NCBI RefSeq assembly: GCF_009914755.1
Contig: NC_060926.1
Source of the DNA: the human T2T-CHM13v2.0 reference genome, Homo sapiens
Reading direction: 5' to 3' (one strand)
DNA length: 64,000 nt
The notes beneath the pieces are model-generated. The model saw nothing but the letters and a program-made list of their open reading frames with translations, was not told the DNA's origin and ran no database searches. How positions within the stretch are numbered: the first letter of the stretch is position 1; each line of letters begins with the position of its first letter. Shown piece after piece: positions 12,606-26,686 of the stretch. The translations under genes and the position numbers were made by a program.

Positions 12606-15600
12606 TGATACTGAGGAGACCCCCAACCCAAAGAAAATAGACTGCAGCACTGATTGGCCAACTTTGGGTCAGTGGTAAGGGTACCCAGGTAGAGGATGGG
12701 ATTGGGCTAGAAGCCCATCTTGGGGATTTTGAGTCTCTCCTAAGACAGAAAGGGTTAAAGGTTCCTCTTAAAAAAAAGGCAGACACTTGACCTAACTTGG
12801 GCTCGAGGCCCAACTTAGGAAGGTTAGAGTTCTTCCTAAGATTTAGGGGGTTAGAAGCCCCACTCGGTGAAGTCTCTCTCAGCTAAGAACAGGTTTGGCA
12901 CTATGGGATGTTAACTGCTACTCTCTTTGGATTAATCTACCTTGTACTTTTTGCTGAGGGCTATGGAATTAGGCATATATGGGACCATGGGACATGGGGA
13001 GCTTTTTCCTCCCCAAAAGGGGAAACTTGAGAGCTGTTGGAACTGCTGGAAAATATACCTTCCTGACAAATAAGAGGCCACTTGAACTTTTCAGTGTCAC
13101 TGAAATGGGTGGGTCTTTCTCTGGCCTCCTTGAGTACCTCACCTTCCCCACCCCGCTACAGGCAATGCTTTTTTTCCTTTCTCTTTTCTATCTTTTATGT
13201 TACTCAGGGCAACTGTCTGCTCTTTCATCTTGCCCAGAGACCACATGTTGAAAAATGTCCTTGGGAGCTTGACCTTGTAACCACATGTTGGTACTTTCTC
13301 TTGGTCTCCACCTTCCAGGGAACAGGAATTTGGGGGTTCATGTCATAGGTAGCCCTAAAAACTATCTTGAGCAGTTAAAAGCCTTTGCAAGTTCAAATTT
13401 GACTGCTCTAGGCTCCTTCTAGGAAGAGCAATGGAAACTGTAGCTTAGTAGCTAGAGCTCATTGGTTTCACCTGTGAGGTTACTTTTGGTAAAGGTCAAA
13501 AGCCAGAAATATTGGAGGTTTGGTGTGGCTAAAGTCAGGTAAATAAGAAATTTAAAAGTATTTTTTTAAAGAGTGGTATGGTTAAAAGTCAGCTTAATTA
13601 AAAGTGGATATTCAAGCTCTAACAGCCTGGGACTCCTTAGGGAAAACAGAGGAGGTGCCACAGACCCCGTTTTGGAAAAAAAAACTGTTTTCCTCATTCC
13701 CCAGGAATTGGAAATGGATTGATCCCTCTAAAAATCTATGGCTTTGTTCTTTTTTGCATTGTATTATCTGACTTTTTTTATTTTTGAGAGTAATCAAAAA
13801 ATACTTTGCATTATGAGAGAGCTTTGGTGTGTAAACTAAGTAGGAAAGTAGGAAATATACTTTTAGTGAAGGCTAATGGCATTTATCAAGGGATACTTGG
13901 CTATTTGCACATTTGGATAAAGAAGCATGCTCTTGGCCACCTAGAAAGTAAGGAAATGTCCCCATCCCCTTCCCCCCACAAAACTGAGAGAGAAGACTTC
14001 TTTGGAAGATGGGCTGATTCCCTCTTTTTCAGATCCAGGATCTGATATAAAAGTGGAATCCTTAATTTTAGGGATCTTTTTTGCCTTCCAGCTGTGCCTA
14101 CTTATTAGGCCATAGAAACTGCATGCTTTTCTAGCCCTATTCCTCCAAGGGCTCCACCCTGAAGCCAGTAATCCAATTAAGAAACTGGCAAATAAAAAAA
14201 ATCATACAACTACTGGATCTTCATCTATCTGTGTATTTATATGTGTTGTGTGTGTGATATAAAAGAGCTTTGATTAATTGGCTTAAAAATAATAAGTGCT
14301 TAAATCAAATATTTTATCAGAAAAGTAAAAAGTGAAATGCCTTTTCATTCACATGACTTAAGTAATATTTGGGAAATAAAAACAGTTGTACATGCAAGGT
14401 ATTTTTGGAAAGTCAAGTGTGTTTTTGGAAAAAGATAATAAGTCATGGGAGGTGGATTTTTTTTGCCTAGTTTAAACAGTTAAAGGATTGTTTTAAGTTA
14501 GATAAGATAAAGCTGAAGGTTTGAACAAGTTGTGCAAGGTTTGTGAAAAATTAACTTTGTAAAAGAAATTCTGTGTGTAAACATTGGCTAAAGTTCAAGT
14601 TTTTCCATCAGTTGAATATTTGAATAAAAGCACTGATCTATTCTTTAACCAAAATTGTAAAGGGTTATAGAAAGTTTATGAAAATCTTACCTTATGGTCA
14701 AACTGATTAAGATTGGATCGAATTGTCTATAAGGTTTTAGAGAATTGGCTTTAACATTAATAGTACACTAATGTAAAGATAAAATTTGACTTATTTTGTA
14801 TAAAAATCATACAGGAAACAATGTCAAATATGAAATGGTATTAGACTTTCTTTGGGCTGTATTTATGTAAGTGTGTTATTTGTATATGTTCCAAAATTAT
14901 GGGAAACTCATATAATTCTGATATGATTTAGTGTGCATTATCAGTAATAATTATAGTTGTTAGTAAAATTTTTGTATGCCACAGAAGTAACCAAAATTCC
15001 TTGTCAATTGTGGCTCTAATAGTGGACTTTTTTCATCCATAGACAATTGTTGTCTTATTTTGATCCTCTTTAAAAGGTAGTTTATAATTAGCAATAAGAC
15101 TAACAGGTACTCTTGAATACAGGTTTCTGATAATTTTGGAGATCAAAACATTAAAATAGAGGAAAAACTTCTGGAACTCTCATGGAGAGCTGGAATGTCC
15201 ATGAATATTAAGCAGAACAGGAGTTAACTGCATGGACTGAACTGGTGGAAGACTGAAGTAATCTTTTTTAACTTTTGCTTAAAACGTTGCTGATTTCTTG
15301 TTATGTTTTTCGGAGCCAAGAAAACATTTATTTTAAGCTATTTACAGCTTGTAGCAATTGAGTAAACTATACTCCTGTGAACAAAATTTGGAGCATATTT
15401 GTTTCTTATTACCTGATTTTTCCAGAATTTGGAAACTAGTTGTGAGTATTTTTAACTTATGGCAATATAGCTATTTGCTTAAGTGTAATAAGAATCTGTT
15501 TTCATTTGTAACAGGATACAAATGGAGAAACTGGTTATTTTACCATGGCTTTGACTGGAATGGTGTGCTTTCCTTTAAGGAATCAAACTTGGCTTATAGG

Positions 15601-16130
15601 GCCAATAAAAGTCCCTTGGGAAAACTGGCCTCATAACTTGTCTATGCAGTCCCTGTGCAAGGTTCCTGACCTGTGGTGAGTAAATAATGTCAGTTTCTGA
15701 TAGGCCCAGGAGCCCCAAGTTATCTTGGGACCTCAAGAGGAGAATAATTTACCCAAGGCATATAGGTATTTGAGAGTATAAACCCATGGCTGGGCTCGGC
15801 ATTTTTAAAAATCTTACTTGAGATTCCTTATGGAATGGAGTTCCATCAAAGCTAATTTCAAAAGCCTACGTGAAAAATAATTATTCTTACTGTACTTTAT
15901 ACAAATAATCAGGCCAGGTATAATAAAACAAATCAGTCCTCTCATGATTTGTCTTTAATAAAAATGAGGGCTGGAATAAAAAATATGTTTCTAGAGCTAT
16001 GGTACACCTGTTATTAGATTCTAGCCTCGTCAGTTGTTTTTGAGTTTTTTTCTGCAATTGAGACTAACACTGCTTATTTTTGTGAATCAACCGGTGATCT
16101 TTGGCTTCTGCTCAGAAGAAGCAAGAGATA

Positions 16131-16353
16131 AAGTTACTCCATATGGTCTAAAAAGGGGAGGTACTCTCAGTTCCAGAATTTCTCACACCTTTCCCAGAAA
16201 ACTCATGAATAATCTACCCCTTGTTTAGCATATAATCAAGAAATAACCACAAAAATGGACAACCAGCAGCCCTCAAGACTGCTCTGCCTGTGGTGTAGCC
16301 ATTCTTTTATTCCTTTACTTTCCTAATAAACTTGCTTTCACTTTATAAAAAAA
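16131..16353 (+). mobile_element. Extra MER41 U3-R-poly(A) fragment inside the internal region
   Basis: About 87% identical by hand alignment to 17118-17342; AATAAA at 16325, then A7. Confidence 0.9.
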
Positions 16354-16795
16354 TCAGTATTTTAATTCTGGGCACATATTGGAATCAGCTAACGACTCCA
16401 CATTAGCTTGGTTCCAGTGATTTCCCAGTTCATGGAAAGCCTTTTTATTTAGTTTACTTGGGATAATTTTACTTATTTTGTTTTACTGCTGTGGAATATA
16501 TTGCTGCTGTATTCTGTGTAGGAATGCAAGATAAGCTTACTGAATGTTTTCTTAAACTGAACGCTTATTAGTCTTCGAGATACCACCTTTTGTTGGTACT
16601 AGGAGTCAAAAATTGCCCTCAGCATACTGATGCTTTCTGACTGAGCCTCTCTCCACCCTGAATACAAGAGACCCTAATAGTTAGGGAGGAATATCATCTC
16701 CCCTATTCAGCTTGAAGAAGTTAGAGAAGATGGATCTTCATCCCTCTGCAATTCTTAGGATTAAAGGTTCCCTTGTAAAAGGGAGGGGGTAAATA

Positions 16796-17342
16796 TGTCA
16801 GAGGCATTTAAACCAGAGCAACTCCATCTTGAATAAGGGCTGGCTAAAATAAGGCTGAGACCCACTGGGCGGCATTCCCAGGAGGTCAGGAATTCTCAGT
16901 CACAGAATGAGATAGGAGGTTGGCACAAGATATAGGTCACAAAGACCTTGCTGATAAAACAGCATGAGGTAAAGAAACCAGCCAAAACCAAGATGGTCAC
17001 AAAAGTGACCTCTGTTCACCCTCACTGCTCTTTATATGCTAGTTATAATGTATTAGCATGCTAAAAGACACTCCCACCAGTGCCATGACCATTTACAAAT
17101 GCCATGGCAATGCCAGGAAGTTACTCCATATGGTCTATAATGGGGAGGAACCCTCAGTTCTGGGAACTGCCACTCCTTTCCCAGAAAACTCATGAACAAT
17201 CCACCCCTTGTTTAGCGTAAAATCAAGAAATAACCACAAAAATGGGCAACCAGCTGCCCTCAAAGCTGCTCTTCCTACAGAATAGCCACTTTTATTCCTT
17301 TATTTTCCTAATAAACTTGCTTTCACTTTATTAAAAAAAAAA
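16796..17342 (+). mobile_element. MER41 (A/B) 3' LTR, U3-R only, ending in poly(A)
   Basis: TGTCAGAGGCATTTAAACCAGAGCAACTCCATCTTG start; AATAAA at 17310, CTTGCTTTCACTTTATT then A10; U5 absent. Confidence 0.93.
17158..17186. promoter_or_regulatory. Tandem GAS (STAT) motifs in MER41 U3
   Basis: TTCTGGGAA (17158-17166) and TTCCCAGAA (17178-17186) both fit TTCNNNGAA; activity not shown. Confidence 0.6.
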
Positions 17343-18652
17343 TTCTTTTTTAGAGCAATTGTTTTTGTAAGTGTTAGGTTGATAAGATGCTAAAATACCA
17401 GCAATTAACTTTTCGTTTTCATTTGTGGCTGTCACTCCCAAGGGAACACAAAGGCTCTTGCCTTGTATGTAGTGTGCTCAGCTTGTTGTGCCTTCATCTG
17501 TCAACTGTGTGTCCAATCTGTTGTGTCTCAGGGAACCAGATCTCACAAGGCCTGCCATTTACACATTATTCAAAAGCATTATTCGTTTTTCAAACAATCT
17601 GTTTAAAAGAATCGCTAATGAGATGTGAAAAATACCTCATTATGATACACTTGGGCAATGCAGTGTGAAAATAATTCTATAAACTAATATCAAACTTGCT
17701 GAGTAGATGAATAACTGTATACTCAATTTTTACATTTCCTTATAAAAGTAAAAATTAGGCATATACTAAATGTCCAATAACAGTAAGTTCATTTAATAAA
17801 TTATGACAAATTCAATTTAAAGAGTATTTCATAGCCATTAAAATCAGGCTGGGAAAATATGTAATGATGTGGGAACACTAAGTGTTGAGTGGGAAAAAGT
17901 TACATAATAATATGAAAATTTGATTTTTACATATAAATTTAAATTAGAAGATATATATGTGCATGTGTATATGTACTATATGTACTGAACTAGCATAGAA
18001 ACAGTAAAAAGTAAGAGATAAAAAAAGAAGAATCTATGGGACTAAAACTAATTACGGTTTTAGTAATAAAAAAAGGATTATTAATAGGTGTCCTTAATAC
18101 CTAAGAAGAAGTTACATAGCAAGGAAAACTTTTGGAACTAGGTTAATAGTGCCCCTAAATTTATTTTACTAGTCAGTGCTCAGAGACCTGCTCTAGTTAG
18201 CTTAAACAGAAGTAAAGGGATTGCATTTCTGTGTAGGACAACACCGCTTTCTGCAAACTTTAGGAAAAAGCCAGATAACTTACAGAACTAATATAATTTT
18301 AAAAGCATCAGATAGTTATAGAATAAATGAAATCAATCACATAAGCCTGCCAAAACTACAATTCCAGAGAGAGGAGAACCCTTCCTAGGTGAGCTGTGAG
18401 TGAATTGTTGCTAGCTGTTTGCCTATCCAGGGACATTTGCCAATCATGTGCATAAGCTGAGAATTGGGCATGACCCTGAAAAACCCCAGGGTGGGGGAAA
18501 GAAAAACACAAAAAATTTAACGGTCAAATGGACTGAAAAAAGTGGGGGAGGGAACATGATCAACCTCAAATATTTGTTCTGTTTTATTCACAAGGCATTT
18601 GGTGAATTCTGTGGCTGCAACGGAGGCTAGAAAGATAAGGTAAGGACTTTTC

Positions 18653-19625
<973 letters not shown>

Positions 19626-20520
19626 GATTTTAATGCCAAGAGTGCTATGTCACTGTAACAAATACGTAAAAACATGGAGGTGGCTTTGGAATTAGACATT
19701 GAGGAAGAACTTTCAGGAACACTGTAGAAAAGGCCTTTAACACCTTGAATAGACTATCAGTAAAAATATACATGTCAAAAATGCTGTGGTGAGAGCTGAA
19801 AAGGAAAGGAAAAATATGTTATTAGAAGCAAGAGAAAGGGGGATCCTTGTTATATACCTGTAGGAGTTCAGAGGAGGAGTGTCTTATATGTATGTAAGAA
19901 GCAGAACTTGGATTTTCAGCTGAGGAGATTTGCAGCATAGTGCTGTAGAGACAGCCTGTTGCCTTCTTACTGCTTATAGCAGGATGCCAGAGAAGGAAGA
20001 GAAACTGAGGGAACTGTTAAAGAAAATGGAGCTAGGACTTTATAATTTGAGAAATCAGCCTATCTGGACAGCAAAAGATGCTAAAATTAAGAAATTTGCT
20101 GCCTAGAAAGGGTCCTCTTTTGTGTGTGACGCGGCCTTGCTCTTTTACCCAGGCCCTCACTACCTTCCCTATGAGGTGGCATGATCACAGCTCACTGCAG
20201 GCTTGACCTTCCAGGCTCAAGTGATCCTACTCCCATCTTAGCCTCCCAAGAATCTGGGGCTACAGGCATGCACTGCCATGCCTGGTTAAGTAGTTTTAAA
20301 AAGTTTTTGTAGTGATGGGGTCTTGCTATGTTGCCCAGGCTGGTCTCAAATTCCTGGGCCCAAGTGATCCTCCTGCCTTGGCCTCCCAAAGTTCTAGAAT
20401 TATGGGTGTAAGAGCAACCACACTCAGCCTAGAAAGGGTGCTTAAAAAAAAAAAGCCTGGGGTGTGACTCTATAACACTTTCTTGAAAGCACAAAAAGAT
20501 CAAAAGCTCAGAGGGATGCT
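19626..20520 (+). mobile_element. MLT1 (MaLR) internal region, truncated
   Basis: Directly follows the LTR; GTAACAAATAC...GAGGTGGCTTTGGAA and CAGCTGAGGAGATT motifs. Confidence 0.7.
20118..20429 (-). mobile_element. AluJ
   Basis: Antisense dimer; TSD TAGAAAGGGTCCT/TAGAAAGGGTGCT. Confidence 0.93.
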
Positions 20521-20926
20521 GTGGAAAAACCATTAGGACCATGAGGCAGAAGGATCAGTTTGAGAGATTTGAGTTATGAGAAGGACTCATTCCGCTACTG
20601 CTGGCTTTGAGAATGGAGAAAGGGGACCATGAGCCAGGGAACATGGGTGTCGCCTGGGAGCTCAGAGCAACCCCAGTCAACAGCCAGCAAGAAGACCTTC
20701 GTCCACAACCACATAGAGCTGAATCCTGCTGATAACTTCCATGAGCTTGAAAGTGAATTATTCTCAGGCCAGGCAGCATCTTGACTTTGTTATGACACAG
20801 TCGTGAGGAGAGAAGCAGAACACACTGCCAGATTTTAGACCTATAGAATTGTACAATAGAAAGTGTTGTGGTGTTAAGCTGCTAAATTTTGGGTAACTTG
20901 TTCAGCAGCATTAGAAAACTAATACA
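20521..20926 (+). mobile_element. MLT1E-like 3' LTR, 5'-truncated
   Basis: CTGCTGGCTTTGAGAATGGAG, ACAGCCAGCAAGAA, end CAGCATTAGAAAACTAATACA. Confidence 0.8.
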
Positions 20927-20939
20927 CTTCTATTCCACG

Positions 20940-22320
20940 GTTTTGCAGCCTTAGGTACAAAAACATAACTAAGAATAAAAAGAAAAACAAGGCAATAAAG
21001 GCAAATCCATAGTTAATCCAGATGTTGAAGTAATAGACACGGACTTGCAATGATTACTATGATAGAGAAATTAGGGGAAAATATGGGCAAAGTGGATGAC
21101 AAGAGAAAGAATTTTTACAAAATATTGGAATACGTAAAGAATCAAATGGACATTCCAGAATTGAAGATGCAATAAAAAAATTAAAAAGTAAATGCATAGA
21201 TTTGACAGCACATTAGATATAATCAACTGTAGGATTAGTGAATCAAATGATAGGACTACAAATAATATCTAAATTGAAGAGAATAGAGAAATAACAGCAG
21301 AAAAATAAAGAGAATATAGCCTAAATCCATGTGAAATAAACTCCAAATTTCTAGCAAGTAAATATATGGAACTCTTCGAATGAGAGAAGAGAGAAAAGGG
21401 GGCAAAATCACTGTTCAAAAGATAATAAATGGAAATTTCACAAAAATTATGAAAGATATTAGCCTACAGATTCATTACATCTAGAAGCACCAAGAGATAA
21501 GCTAACAAAACAAAACATACACATTTAGCACATCCAATTTAAAATGTTGAATACTGATTAAAAGTAGACTGACTAAAAGGCTACATTATCTTCATGAAGA
21601 AATAATTAGTTAAGTAACTGCCTTTTCAAAAATATTATCAAAGTCTGAAAAATTTTATCTTGTTTTTGTTTTTTTACTGGGGATGGGGGACTACTAACCT
21701 AGAATTTGATACTCAGCAAAAAATAATCTTCATAATACAGATGAAATAAAATTGTGTCCAATAAACAAGAGCTGACAGAAATAGAAACCAGGAAACCTGC
21801 ATTATAAGAATATTTAAAGGAATTATTTAGGCTGAATGAAAATGATCCCAGATGAAAGTACAGACTGTAAAAAAGAATAGAGTACAAAAATTGATAAATA
21901 TGTGAATAAAAGCAATATTGGATTTGCAAAATAATTTAAGTAATATCTTAAAAAATATACATGAACAATATGCACGACAATTATGTAACAACCAGAGAGG
22001 GCTATAAATTGAGTTAAGGTTCTAAGGTCCTAGCAATATAGAAATAGAGATTATATGTAACAACCAGAGAGGCCTATAAATTGAGTTAAGGTTCTAAGAT
22101 CCTAGCAATATAGAAATACAGGTTAAAGTAAATGTTTATATGAGATTATAACAAATCATGGGTGAATGTGGCAACGTATAAGGTGACCAGTGAGAGAATA
22201 GTAAAATAATGTGCTTCCAACAAGTTCATAGAAGAAAATAAAATGACAGCAAATATATGTGATTAATCCTTTAAAAAATGGGCAAGAATTGAGAAAAAGA
22301 CAAATATAAGATTTGAGCCA
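20940..22320 (+). mobile_element. Old L1M ORF1-region remnant
   Basis: A-rich; AAGAATCAAATGGACATTCCAGAATTGAA, ACCTAGAATTTGATACTCAGCAAAA, CCTGCATTATAAGAA. Confidence 0.7.
21982..22120. repeat. 72-bp tandem duplication (2 copies)
   Basis: TATGTAACAACCAGAGAGG...CCTAGCAATATAGAAATA at 21982 and 22054. Confidence 0.95.
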
Positions 22321-24643
22321 ATTCCAAATGCAATTACAGAAAAATTGCAAAAATAGTACTGAAAGTCCCCATATATTACACACTCAAGTTCTCCTTCATC
22401 TTACTTTAATGTATTTGTCACCATCAATGAACTAGTATTGATTGAATTGATTATCATTAAAGCCCATACTTTATTTAGATGTCTATTTTTTGTTGTTGTT
22501 CTAGGAGCTCAACCAGGATACCACATTACATTTAGTTGGCTCTTAGGCCAACTGTGGCAATTTTTCAGACATGTTTTATTATTGATAACCTTGACAACTT
22601 TGTGGAGAGTTGATTGGGCATTTTATAGAATGCCCTACAACGGCTGTTGGTTGGGGGTTTTTATCATGATTACACTAGAGCTATATATTTAGGATAGGAG
22701 GACTAAGATGTAAAGTACCATTCTTAATGCAGCACATCAAGGATATATGCTTTCAACATGATTTATTCCTGTGAATGTTGACCTTGATCACTGGCTAAGG
22801 TAGTGTCTGTCAGGTTTCTCCACTCTGGTGTTACTCTTTACTCTCTTTCTCATACTGTACTTTTTGGAAGACAGACACTGTATACAATCTACATTTAAGA
22901 GCTACAGAGATAATGCTCCACCTGCTTGAGGGTCGAGTATGTACATGGATCATTTGATATTCTTCTGCATGGGAGGTTTGTCTCTTTTTCCATTTATTTA
23001 TTTATTCAATCATTATTTCAGTATAGATAAGAATTTTGATTTTATACTTCTAGTTACATTCCAGTATAAATTTGTATGTTTTGTGCAAAAATTGTTCCAG
23101 CTGTGGCTCTTTTAGTTGGATTCTATCTCTTTGACATATCCCCATTATTGTGGATTTTTAGTTTAATTTTTTTGGGGTACTTCCTCACTCTGAGACTACA
23201 AGCTGCTCTGTGCTCATTTTGTATATTTTCTGTCCCTGTCCTAGAATCAACCATTTATTTAAGGAGCCCGGACTATTATTATTATTACTATTACAGAATG
23301 GTATTAGAAACCAAGATATGGTGCCAGATGTGTTTATTATTACTGGGATATTGCTCTTTCTAGATCCTCTGAGCTGACAGATCAAAGAACCCTAGTATTC
23401 AACAATTATTTCTTTATGTAACCATCTGTACCTATATTATGTTAAGCATGAGTTTCTGTTGATATCTCCAACTCTATTACCGCATGGATCATTCTAGACT
23501 CTTCTCTTATTTGTCTGTAAACTACCAATACCAAGAGTGTGAAAACTAATTTTAAGCGTCTGACATTTATTTTCTTATTGTTCAATTCCAATACATATGT
23601 ATAGTGGTATCAGAACTGTTAACCCATACTATGGGAAACAACTTTATCAATTAGGATACAGTGCTTACGCACAGTTTATTTTACTTTTACAGAGTTCCTT
23701 TATTGTTGAAGTTTCTTAGGTTAGAAGCTTTTTGCCCCTTCACTAAGGCTCTTTCATACATTTATAATATAGTTAGACTGTTTTCTCACATTCTGCATTG
23801 AATCCTGGGATTATTCCCTAACCTCTTGAATATTTTAAAATTTGCATACATGAGGGTTCACTCTTTGTGCTGTAAATTACTATGGGTTTTAGAAAATGCG
23901 TAGTGTCATGTACCCAACATACAGTATCATAAATAATGCCATAGTTGAAATGCCAAATAAAATCTCTCATGCTTCACCTTTTAACTCTCTCCCACTTCCC
24001 CCCAAACCCATGGCAATCACTGATCTTTTTATCACTTCTATACTGTTACATTTTCCAGAATGTTATATAATTGGAATCATACAGTGTGTAATCTCTTCTG
24101 ACTTATTTCTTTCATATAACAATATGCATTTAAGATTCATCCATCCATTTTTTTGTGGCTGGATGCTTCAAACTTCTTTTAATCACTGAATAATATTACA
24201 TTGGATGGATGAATCACAATTTCTTATCCCTACCTATTGAAGAACATTTTGGTTGTTTCAGGTTTTAGGGGATTATAAATAAACCTGCTATAAATATTCA
24301 TGATTAGGTTTTTGCGTTGGCATACACTTTCAAATCACTTGCACTAAATACCCAGAAGCACACTTGCAGTTTTATATGGTAAGATTATGTTCAGCTTTAT
24401 AAGAAACTGCCTAATTGCCTTTCAAAGTGACTATAATGTTTTCCATTCCCATCAGCAAAAAATGATAGCTCTTGTTCTTCTGCATTTTCCCCATCAACTG
24501 TAATTGACATTTTTTTAAGATTCTATCAATTCTAATAGGTATGTGGTGGTATCATATTTTTGTCCTAATTTCCAATTGCCTAATGACAAATGATGTTGGA
24601 CAATCTTTCATATATCTATGTATTACCTGCATATCTTCTTTAA

Positions 24644-25157
<514 letters not shown>

Positions 25158-25451
25158 CAACATATTGTTTTTAAAGTGGATTGTGGATTTTGGATTTGAA
25201 AAAAAAAAAAAAAAACAACTCATTGACAAACAAACCCCAAACAACTGAGATATTTTTCTGTGTTCTCTTTTAGAAGTTTTATAGTTCTGCATTTCACATT
25301 TAGACCTATGACTCATTTTGAGTTGGTATTTGTTAAATGTGTAAGGTCTGTGTCTCTTTATATATATATATTTTTTTAAATATGGATGTCCAATTGTTTT
25401 AGAACTATTTGTTCAAAGGCTATCTTTTAGCTATTGAATTGCCTTTGCTTC

Positions 25452-25915
25452 TGTATTAGTTTCCTAGGAGTGACGTAACAAAGTTACATGGGTTTAAAGA
25501 AACAGAAATTTATTATCTCACAATTCTAGAGACTAGGATTCTAAAATCAAGGTATGGGCTAGGTGGTGGTCTTTCTGAAGCTTCTAGAGGAGAATGTTTC
25601 ACTATATCTTTCAGTTTTTGGTATCCCTGAGTTTTCCATGGCTTGTGACAGCATAGCTCCAATCTCTACATAATTTTTATATTGCTATCATCTCATCTCT
25701 TTTTTTACACAACTTTCTCCTCTCTGTGTGTGTTGTGGACAGTTTTCCCTCCTCTTATAAGAATGCCTGCTATATTGAATTAAGGACTACACTAATGACT
25801 TCATCTTAACTTCATTAGATTTGCAAAATCTCTGTTTTTAAATAAGGTCACATTCACAGGTAGCAGGGTCTAGGGCTTTAACATGTCTTTGAGGGGCACA
25901 GTTCAACCCAGGACA
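25452..25915 (-). mobile_element. MLT1B/C MaLR LTR
   Basis: TGTATTAGTTTCCTAGG...GTAACAAAG...AAATAAGGTCACATTCACAGGT...GTTCAACCCAGGACA. Confidence 0.85.
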
Positions 25916-26350
25916 AGAACTACCTCAATTATCTGTTTTTCCTTATGTGAATTTTAGTATTTTCTGTCTCTTAAAGAATTGATTTACTTCATCTGAGTTA
26001 TAAAATTTCTGGGCATAGAGATGATCTTAGTATTCTTTTCTTTTTCATTGAACATCTGTAGCATCAGTAGTAATGAAACCTCCTTCATTTCTGATAATCA
26101 TAATTGAGGATCCTTTCTTGGTTAGCCTAACAAGAAGTTTATTAATTTTGATCATTCAAAGTGCCACCTTTTAGTTGTGTTGATTATCTCTATTGCTTTC
26201 CTGTTTTTTATTTCAGTGGTTTTATTTCTAAATTTTATTATTTTCTTTCTTCTGCATGCTTTAGGTTTAAGTTGCTCTTCTTCCTCTAATTTCCTACCAT
26301 AGAAGCTTAAATGATTAATTTTAGAAATTTCTCTCTACTTTTATATTTTA

Positions 26351-26686
<336 letters not shown>

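Larger units (their letters stand above)
12582..16795 (+). mobile_element. MER41/MER4-group ERV1 internal region (non-coding, non-autonomous)
   Basis: Lies between the PBS and the polypurine tract AAAAGGGAGGGGG (16777-16789); no long ORF. Confidence 0.85.

Noticed and set aside
12582-16795. gag, pol or env coding capacity in the MER41 internal region
   Set aside because: Only short ORFs under 110 aa with no retroviral motifs
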